Positions 8,901 to 14,737 of a stretch of 64,000 nucleotides of DNA are shown in pieces. The number at the start of each line of letters is the position of its first letter. The stretch's first letter is position 1. The notes below the pieces were generated by a model, which saw only the letters and a program-made list of their open reading frames with translations, ran no database searches and was not told the DNA's origin. The DNA is taken from assembly GCA_964361825.1 (NCBI GenBank), contig CAYICB010000002.1, positions 5,845-69,844 of the forward strand. Reading direction: 5' to 3'. Both the position numbers and the translations under genes were made by a program. Origin of the DNA: an uncultured Candidatus Saccharibacteria bacterium. Its GTDB lineage: Bacteria; Patescibacteriota; Minisyncoccia; Phycocordibacterales; JACOZG01.

Positions 8901-9198
8901 AATTTTTATAACCCACGGCATTCTTGGCAAGCAGGGTAAGATGAAAGCGTTTGCTGTCGATATTAGCTTCTTTATCAAAGCGCGACCGCGCGGCCACATA
9001 AGCCTCCACGCCAACAATTGGCTTAATGCCCGCGCTTTGGCACTTTTTATAAAACTCAATCGCGCCATAGAGATTGCCGTGATCGGTGAGGGCGAGCGCT
9101 GGCAAACCGAGCTCCTTAGCTCGATCAACAAGATCATCAATCTTGGCCAGCCCATCAAGCAGGCTATAATGGCTGTGATTGTGAAGGTGGACAAACAT
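5944..9198 (-). CDS. dnaE: DNA polymerase III alpha subunit
   Basis: 1084 aa with a PHP domain (HLHNHSHYSLLDG), polymerase core, and C-terminal OB fold. Confidence 0.95.
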   Translation of the reverse strand: MFVHLHNHSHYSLLDGLAKIDDLVDRAKELGLPALALTDHGNLYGAIEFYKKCQSAGIKPIVGVEAYVAARSRFDKEANIDSKRFHLTLLAKNAVGYKNLVKLVTKANLEGYYYKPRIDKELMREHHEGVICLSGCMASELSRAILARNYEEAKKIANEYREIFGPENYFIEIFHHPKIERYPELKEQAIKLAHELGIPLVATQDAHYLQPDDTKAHDTLVAIGTNTDADDNKRYTKAGDDFSLIDEATMREHFKDAPEAVDNTLKIAEACDLKLELGKWVFPKFQLTLAETPEEELRKFAESRLPEYLERNPDRKEEAATRLAYELEVIINKGYAPYFLVVADIFNFTRAQGIFTNTRGSAAGCFTSHLIGISSVDPLYYNLPFERFLNPDRPSPPDIDMDFADRRRDEVIDYVKKKYGEDHVAQIGTFGSMMARGAVRDVARALGHPYAVGDKISNLIPMGSQGFPMTIDHALEITPELKQLYDTDTATKEIIDLAKKIEGNARHISVHAAGVVISPTPLTDFVPLQFDPKGGKIITQFDMYVVEEAGLLKFDFLGIRNLSIIEGAIRIIEKTRGEKIDIEKIPLDDKKTFIMLTAGHTIGLFQLNGTGMTRALKELKPTRVEDINVMVALYRPGPMDNIYEYIARKHGKKPTKFLHPKMKSYLAPTFGVLVYQDDLLMTAIEVAGYNWGEVDKFRKAVGKKIPEEMKKQHVMFVEGCIKHSDLTKEKAEEIWNLFEPFQGYGFNKAHAASYGRVAYQTAYLKANYPGEYMTAALSAESGNIETIAEIISECKLLGIPVLPPDINESFSDFTVIKAPARVTHKDPDPRVPRADGDKISFGLLTIKNLGAEIAEVIVRERKTRGPFKSFSDLLERITHRNLNKKSLEALIKSGAMDCFSSPNSKAGERGTLLANLDAALEYNRERGKLGGNQDSLFSAMTDKASVPDFKLKPAPDISAKEKLAWEKELLGLYVSGHPLEEFREKIEAIGRSITKIKGLKDGTATVVAGVLEEIKLINTKKGDRMCFAKLTDFNDSIELVIFSRTFAECRELLEPEKCVAIKGKLSLRNGEPSLVVEGMKELTR

Positions 9199-9257
9199 TG
9201 AGCCGATTATAGCAAATGTGCTAGGGTGATACAGGGCTTTTTGAAAGGAGGAAGGTT

Positions 9258-9674
9258 ATGCACGTTCACCACGAGGATTTACCTACGCGCGTTGGGATAA
9301 TCATGAGAAGACTCTTTGCTGGAGAATACCAGCTTTTATTTAAAGCTGGTAATGAATCGAAGATTTGGAGTATCCCCGAAGACATGATGAACGTAAACGA
9401 GACACCAAATGATGCGTTCTGGCGAATTCTCAAAACATTCACTGTGAACTGGGAACGCGAAACGGTGGTTTTTGAGAAGGTTGGCGATGTGAAAGCTTGG
9501 CCATTAAAAACAAGAAACACGCCCCTGTACCGACTCTATTTGGTTGAACCACTCCCACTGATTTCAAGCCACCAATGCTCTTTTTGTTTAAGTTGGCTTG
9601 GCGATCGGGAACTGAAAAACACGGGAGTCGAACTATCAAGCATCGTACCGCTGCTAACGACCAAATATCTTTGA
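9258..9674 (+). CDS. hypothetical protein (possible degenerate Nudix-like fold)
   Basis: 138 aa. The segment ETPNDAFWRILKTFTV resembles a Nudix box (ETPEEAAxRELKEETGL) with the catalytic residues replaced. Weak. Confidence 0.3.
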   Translation: MHVHHEDLPTRVGIIMRRLFAGEYQLLFKAGNESKIWSIPEDMMNVNETPNDAFWRILKTFTVNWERETVVFEKVGDVKAWPLKTRNTPLYRLYLVEPLPLISSHQCSFCLSWLGDRELKNTGVELSSIVPLLTTKYL

Positions 9675-9679
9675 GCCCC

Positions 9680-9714
9680 ACGGGTTGCCGCCAACGGCAA
9701 CCCTTATTTTTTTG
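9680..9714 (+). terminator. rho-independent terminator (GGGTTGCCG-ccaa-CGGCAACCC plus T-run)
   Basis: Perfect 9-bp stem followed by TTATTTTTTT. Confidence 0.7.
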
Positions 9715-9739
9715 TAAAAAATAGGCTTAAAATACAGAG

Positions 9740-10330
9740 ATGAAATCCAAACACCTAGTTGGCATTGATGAAGCGGGGCGGGGGCCGCTCGCCGGGCCGG
9801 TGGCGGTTGGTGTAGTAACCACGAGGGGAACCCTCGTGGTAAAAAGGTGGCAAGGAATAAAGGATTCTAAACAACTAAGTGAAAAACAACGAGAAGCGTG
9901 GTTTGCTAAGCTGAAAACAGCAAAAATAGCTGGCGAAATAGACTTTGCCGTGGCTTTGGTGAGTAATAAAGTGATTGATCAGAAAGGAATAAATGTGGCG
10001 ATTAAGCTAGGAATTCGCCGGGTCACGGCAAGGATGCTCCTTGCCGCAAAAGATTGCTTGGTTTTGCTTGATGGTGGCCTCAAGGCACCGGCCGAGTTTG
10101 TAAACCAAAAAACCATCATTCGCGGCGATGAAAAAGAACCAATTATCGCTCTGGCCTCTATTGTGGCTAAGGTTACGCGCGACCACTTCATGCAAAAAAT
10201 GGCCCAAAAGTACCCAAATTACGGCTTCGAGGTTCATAAGGGTTATGGCACACTTTCGCATCGTCAGTCAATTAAAAACAATGGCCTTTCGCCTATCCAC
10301 CGAACTAGCTTTTTGAAGTCAAAATTTTAA
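9740..10330 (+). CDS. rnhB: ribonuclease HII
   Basis: GIDEAGRGPLAGPV active-site motif; length 196 aa. Confidence 0.9.
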   Translation: MKSKHLVGIDEAGRGPLAGPVAVGVVTTRGTLVVKRWQGIKDSKQLSEKQREAWFAKLKTAKIAGEIDFAVALVSNKVIDQKGINVAIKLGIRRVTARMLLAAKDCLVLLDGGLKAPAEFVNQKTIIRGDEKEPIIALASIVAKVTRDHFMQKMAQKYPNYGFEVHKGYGTLSHRQSIKNNGLSPIHRTSFLKSKF

Positions 10331-10370
10331 CCTTTGACTTTTGCCTTTTAACTTGTTAGCATAGCGGCCT

Positions 10371-10598
10371 ATGGTAATTCGCATGCGACATACTCGGGCG
10401 CATACCGGCAATCGCCGGTCACATCATGCGCTCACCGGGCCACGCCTTTCTAAGTGCGCTAATTGTGCCGCGGAGCATTTGCGCCACCGTGTTTGCTTAT
10501 CTTGCGGTCATTATCGAGGTAAAATGATCATTGATGTGGCCGCCGCCGCTAAAAAATTGGCTGATAAAAAGAAGGCCAAATCAGCAACGGCAAAATAA
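10371..10598 (+). CDS. rpmF: 50S ribosomal protein L32
   Basis: RRSHHALT ... zinc-ribbon C.NC....HRVC.SCG.Y. Start may be the internal ATG at 10383. Confidence 0.8.
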   Translation: MVIRMRHTRAHTGNRRSHHALTGPRLSKCANCAAEHLRHRVCLSCGHYRGKMIIDVAAAAKKLADKKKAKSATAK

Positions 10599-10630
10599 TC
10601 CCACCGAGAGTGGGTTGTTTTTCTTTTTTT
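10598..10630 (+). terminator. rho-independent terminator (CCCAC-cgaga-GTGGG plus T-run) followed by a TATAAT box at 10633-10638
   Basis: Short GC stem plus a long T-run. A -10-like hexamer lies immediately downstream, before nusB. Confidence 0.55.
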
Positions 10631-10653
10631 GCTATAATGTTGGTAATTGAAAA

Positions 10654-11577
10654 TTGATTATGGCCAATCGGCACTTATCTAGAAGTCTTGCGATGCAATC
10701 TCTCTTCGAGTGGGACGAGCGCGGTGGCGAAACCAAGAAGTTGCCCGAGATTATTCAGGCCAATGTGGCCGAGTTTGCTCCGGGGATAGAAGATACTGAT
10801 TTTGTGGACCGTTTAGTGCAAGGAGTGGTGGCCAAACAAGCGGAGCTCGATGAGATTATTGAGAAAGCCGCTCCCGATTGGCCCATTAATCTTATCGCCC
10901 CAATTGACCGCAATGTACTCCGGATGGGTCTTTATGAACTTTTGTTTGCCGATCGCCACGAAGTGCCAGCAAAGGTGGCGATCAATGAAGCTATCGAGAT
11001 TGCTAAAACTTTCGGTGGAGAAAATAGCGGTAAATTTGTAAACGGCGTTCTCGGCACGGTGTATAAAGAGCTCGGCGAACCGGGTAAAGATGAGGTTCCC
11101 GCCAAGAAAAAGCGCCCCAAGGATGTGCCTTATGATGAAATGCCGATTGAGACGCTGGGTGGCGCGGTGGTGTATGCTCGTTTTGACGAAGAAATTAAAT
11201 TGGCAATGGTGCACGACATTTTTGGCTACTGGACGCTATCAAAAGGACGGATCGAAACTGGCGAAAAGGCCGAACAAGACACCGCAAAAAAAATCAAAGA
11301 AGAAATGGCTTTAGAGGTCAAGATTTTGGCTTCGCTTGGCACCAATGAATACATCGCTTCTGATCCCGAGCGGGGCAAAATTCGCAAACAAGTGAAATAC
11401 TTTTTGGCCGAAGCGCTTAATCCTACCGAAATTCATTTACCAAAAAAGGAGGAGAAGGGTGGTCTTGACGATGTGCGCTGGTTCCACTTGGCCGAAGTGC
11501 CGGATCTTAAGATGTATGATGACGTTTTACCTTTTGTGACCAAAGCGATCAAACAATTAAATGACGCCAAAAATTGA
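10654..11577 (+). CDS. nusB: NusB antitermination factor fused to a C-terminal Nudix-like domain
   Basis: N-terminus: RSLAMQSLFEWD ... NGVLG (NusB fold). C-terminal ~140 aa: GGAVVYARFDEE.KLAMVHD..GYWTLSKGRIETGEKAEQDTAKKIKEEMAL, a Nudix fold with a degenerate box (RE replaced by KK, G by A). Confidence 0.8.
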   Translation: MIMANRHLSRSLAMQSLFEWDERGGETKKLPEIIQANVAEFAPGIEDTDFVDRLVQGVVAKQAELDEIIEKAAPDWPINLIAPIDRNVLRMGLYELLFADRHEVPAKVAINEAIEIAKTFGGENSGKFVNGVLGTVYKELGEPGKDEVPAKKKRPKDVPYDEMPIETLGGAVVYARFDEEIKLAMVHDIFGYWTLSKGRIETGEKAEQDTAKKIKEEMALEVKILASLGTNEYIASDPERGKIRKQVKYFLAEALNPTEIHLPKKEEKGGLDDVRWFHLAEVPDLKMYDDVLPFVTKAIKQLNDAKN

Positions 11578-12259
11578 GCAATTCGAAACAGTTTTGGGGT
11601 TAAAGTTTAAGAATCAGGCGCTTTTGGGCGAGGCGCTCGTTCATCGGTCTTATTTAAATGAGCACCGAAACTTTAGTTTGCCCCACAATGAACGGTTAGA
11701 ATTTTTGGGTGATGCCGTGCTCGAACTTGTGATTACCGACCACCTTTTCCGCCTGTATCCCAAAGAGAATGAAGGCGCGCTGACCGCTTACCGCGCGGCG
11801 CTGGTAAATGCCAATACGCTCGGGGAAATTGCGGCCGGACTCGGGGTCAATGATTATTTACTGCTCTCAAAGGGTGAGTCGCGCGACAATGGCCGAGCGA
11901 GGCAAGTAATTCTCGCCAATGCCATCGAGGCGATTATTGGGGCGATTTATCTCGACCAAGGTTACGAAGTGGCGGCCAGTTTTATTGGCCGGAATTTTTT
12001 CGATCAAGTGCCAAGCATCATTGCCGGTGAACGCTTCCGTGATGCTAAAAGCCTCTTCCAAGAACGCGCGCAGGAAAAAGAAAACACTACTCCCGTTTAT
12101 CGCGTTTTGGGAGAAAATGGTCCCGATCACGAAAAAACCTTTACCGTCGGTCTTTACTTGGTAGAAGAAAAAGTGGCTGAAGGCACGGGTCACTCCAAAC
12201 AAGAGGCCGAGCAAGCGGCGGCCGCCGCCGGACTCTTGGTAAAAAACTGGGGAAAATAA
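11561..12259 (+). CDS. rnc: ribonuclease III
   Basis: ERLEFLGDAVLELVITDHLF signature plus a C-terminal dsRBD. Confidence 0.9.
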   Translation: MTPKIEQFETVLGLKFKNQALLGEALVHRSYLNEHRNFSLPHNERLEFLGDAVLELVITDHLFRLYPKENEGALTAYRAALVNANTLGEIAAGLGVNDYLLLSKGESRDNGRARQVILANAIEAIIGAIYLDQGYEVAASFIGRNFFDQVPSIIAGERFRDAKSLFQERAQEKENTTPVYRVLGENGPDHEKTFTVGLYLVEEKVAEGTGHSKQEAEQAAAAAGLLVKNWGK

Positions 12260-12265
12260 GAGCGT

Positions 12266-14407
12266 ATGCGCCTCAAATCTCTCGAGCTCACCGGTTTTAA
12301 ATCGTTTAGTAAGAAAACGGTTTTAATTTTTGACTCTGCTGTCACCGCCGTGGTGGGTCCTAATGGCTCAGGGAAAAGTAATGTGGCCGAGGCTTTTCGT
12401 TGGGTTTTGGGCGAACAATCGCTCAAATCTTTGCGCGGCAAACGCGGTGAGGACTTAATTTGGAATGGTTCCCAAGGCGCGCCCCGAGCAATTCGAGCTA
12501 GTGTTACGGTAACCTTCGATAATCGCGACAAGAAATTTAATGTTGCCTACGATGAAGTAAAAATTGAGCGCGTAGTGCATCGCGACGGCTTGAATGACTA
12601 TCTTTTGAACGGCACGGCGGTGCGCCTAAAAGATATTTTAGAACTTTTAGCGGGGGCTTCGCTTGGTTCTTCGGGCCATCATATTATCCGCCAAGGCGAG
12701 GCCGACCGCGTGCTGGAGTCGAGCGCCGCCGAACGACGAGAATTACTCGAAGACGCCTTTGGTTTGCGTCTGTATCAATGGAAAATTGCCGAAAGCGAGA
12801 AGAAACTAGAGAAAACTGAAGATAATTTAAAACAAGTGGCCTCGCTCCGGCGTGAACTTGCGCCACATTTGAAATATCTCGAGCGCGAGATGGAAAAAAT
12901 TAAGCGAGCCGAAAGTTTGCGCGTAGAACTAAAGGAATTTTATGAAATTTATTTAGCAACCGAGAAAGCGTATTTGGCCCAAGGCGCCTTCGCTCTAGAA
13001 AGTGAGCTTCGGCGACCCAAGGGCGAATTGCATGAAGTAGAAACAAAATTAAATCACTTGAGTCGCGAGGAGGTGAAGGTGGATGAGCGGGCGCTGGATG
13101 AAAAAAGACGCGCGCGGGAAATAATTTCGCGAGATTTAGGCCGGATTGAAGGCTTAATTGAGGCGAGGCGAATGCCGATGGCTTTGCCAAGAGCCACAGA
13201 AGCTATTACTAAAAGTCGCGTCGAAGAATTGTTTGGGCGTTTGGAAACTTGGCTTGCTGAAGCGGAGACGAGCAAAATCGTCGAAGTTTGGCAAGAAATT
13301 GGAGGGAGAATTAAACGAGCGCTAAAAGAATTTTGGCATCCGCCAGCTAGCGGAGCCGCACCAACCGAAGACAGAACAGCAGAAATTAAGGATTTGGAGA
13401 ACGAGCAGGAGAAATTAGAGAAAGAACGGGCCGAGCTCGAAACAGAAATTAGCACTTTACTTGAGCGGGCTAAAACCGTAAATGAGGCTGAGAAAGAAGT
13501 GTTTGCCCTGCGTTTACGAAAAAATGAACTCATGAGTGAGTTGGCGACACTGAAGATGAAAGAAGAAAGATTGGCGCTCGAGAAAAATCACTTCACAACC
13601 ATGCTCGCCGAGGCCAAGAATTTGCTCGGTGGCATTCTTGGTGAGGGGAAAATTGAAGATATTAATGATCGCGCGGCTCAAGAAGTGGCGCGACGAGAAA
13701 TCGAGAAAAGAAAACTTAGACTCGAAGACCTCGGAGTCGAGAGTGGCGATACAGTGAAGGAATATAAGGAAACTGTGGCGCGCGATGAGCACTTGGCCAA
13801 GGAGATTACGGATCTGGAGGCCAGTGGCGCGAGTTTGCGCCAAATTATTGAAGAATTGCAAATCAGGATTGATCGCGAATTCCGCGAAGGTCTCGCCAAA
13901 ACCAATCAGGAATTCCAAAAGTTCTTCGCCCTCATGTTTGGCGGCGGCACAGCTGAATTAATTTTAACTAAACCACCTAGGGCCAAGCGCGATGACCTTG
14001 AACTTACGGCTGAAATACCTAGCCTAAACAGCGAAACGCCGTCGGCCAAAGAAGAAGGTGTTGATATTAATTTGAGCCTGCCACGCAAGAAAATCCGCGG
14101 GCTCGAGATGCTCTCGGGTGGCGAACGCTCGCTCACCGCTATTTCGCTCCTCTTCGCGCTCTCGCAGGTTAACCCGCCGCCCTTCATGATTCTCGACGAA
14201 ACCGACGCCGCTCTCGACGAGGCCAACTCGCGCAAATATGGCGACTTGGTTGAACAACTAGCCCAACACTCGCAACTCATTCTCATTACCCATAATCGCG
14301 AAACAATGTCGCGCGCTTCCGTCCTCTACGGCGTGACCATGGGCGGCGACGGTGCCTCCCGCCTCCTCTCCATCAAACTCGACGACGCGATGGGGTATGC
14401 GAAGTGA
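12266..14407 (+). CDS. smc: SMC-like chromosome segregation ATPase (short form, 713 aa)
   Basis: N-terminal Walker A (GPNGSGKSNVAEAFRWVLGEQS), long coiled coil, C-terminal signature LSGGERSLTAISLLFAL and Walker B ILDETDAALD. Conserved rnc-smc synteny. No recognisable hinge domain. Confidence 0.75.
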   Translation: MRLKSLELTGFKSFSKKTVLIFDSAVTAVVGPNGSGKSNVAEAFRWVLGEQSLKSLRGKRGEDLIWNGSQGAPRAIRASVTVTFDNRDKKFNVAYDEVKIERVVHRDGLNDYLLNGTAVRLKDILELLAGASLGSSGHHIIRQGEADRVLESSAAERRELLEDAFGLRLYQWKIAESEKKLEKTEDNLKQVASLRRELAPHLKYLEREMEKIKRAESLRVELKEFYEIYLATEKAYLAQGAFALESELRRPKGELHEVETKLNHLSREEVKVDERALDEKRRAREIISRDLGRIEGLIEARRMPMALPRATEAITKSRVEELFGRLETWLAEAETSKIVEVWQEIGGRIKRALKEFWHPPASGAAPTEDRTAEIKDLENEQEKLEKERAELETEISTLLERAKTVNEAEKEVFALRLRKNELMSELATLKMKEERLALEKNHFTTMLAEAKNLLGGILGEGKIEDINDRAAQEVARREIEKRKLRLEDLGVESGDTVKEYKETVARDEHLAKEITDLEASGASLRQIIEELQIRIDREFREGLAKTNQEFQKFFALMFGGGTAELILTKPPRAKRDDLELTAEIPSLNSETPSAKEEGVDINLSLPRKKIRGLEMLSGGERSLTAISLLFALSQVNPPPFMILDETDAALDEANSRKYGDLVEQLAQHSQLILITHNRETMSRASVLYGVTMGGDGASRLLSIKLDDAMGYAK

Positions 14408-14441
14408 TTTTTTCTTGCTCAAAAGTTTTTGCTAGGTACAA

Positions 14442-14464
14442 TGTTGAACATCGGATGTTCAACA
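14442..14464. repeat. REP-like palindrome copy upstream of the MGMT-like gene
   Basis: TGTTGAACATCGGATGTTCAACA, identical to copies in the RAYT locus about 9 kb away. Confidence 0.8.
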
Positions 14465-14465
14465 A

Positions 14466-14729
14466 ATGAAAACAAAAAGTTTTAAGGAAAAGGTGTTTGC
14501 GGTGGTGGGTAAAATTCCGAAAGGGAAGGTGCTAACTTACAAACAGGTTGCGGAAAGAGCCGGTTCGCCCAGAGCGGCGCGGGCAGTGGGGAGTATTTTG
14601 AAAAACAATTTTGATCCTGCGATCCCGTGTCATCGGGTTATTCGCTCTGATGGGGGAATGGGCGGTTACAATCGCGGCGGCAAAAACAAAAAATTAGAAA
14701 TTTTGAAAAAAGAAGGGGCGAGAGTATAA
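14466..14729 (+). CDS. MGMT-family (Ogt C-terminal domain) small protein
   Basis: 87 aa with the HTH and PCHRV active-site cysteine motif of O6-alkylguanine-DNA alkyltransferase. Lacks the N-terminal domain. Confidence 0.7.
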   Translation: MKTKSFKEKVFAVVGKIPKGKVLTYKQVAERAGSPRAARAVGSILKNNFDPAIPCHRVIRSDGGMGGYNRGGKNKKLEILKKEGARV

Positions 14730-14737
14730 TCGGGCAA

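Noticed and set aside
5944-9198. Multiple 60-240-aa ORFs on the plus strand inside dnaE (and similar antisense ORFs inside dnaK, leuS, smc, priA, alaS, rpoA)
   Set aside because: Shadow ORFs wholly contained in well-supported long genes, with no motifs and biased composition.
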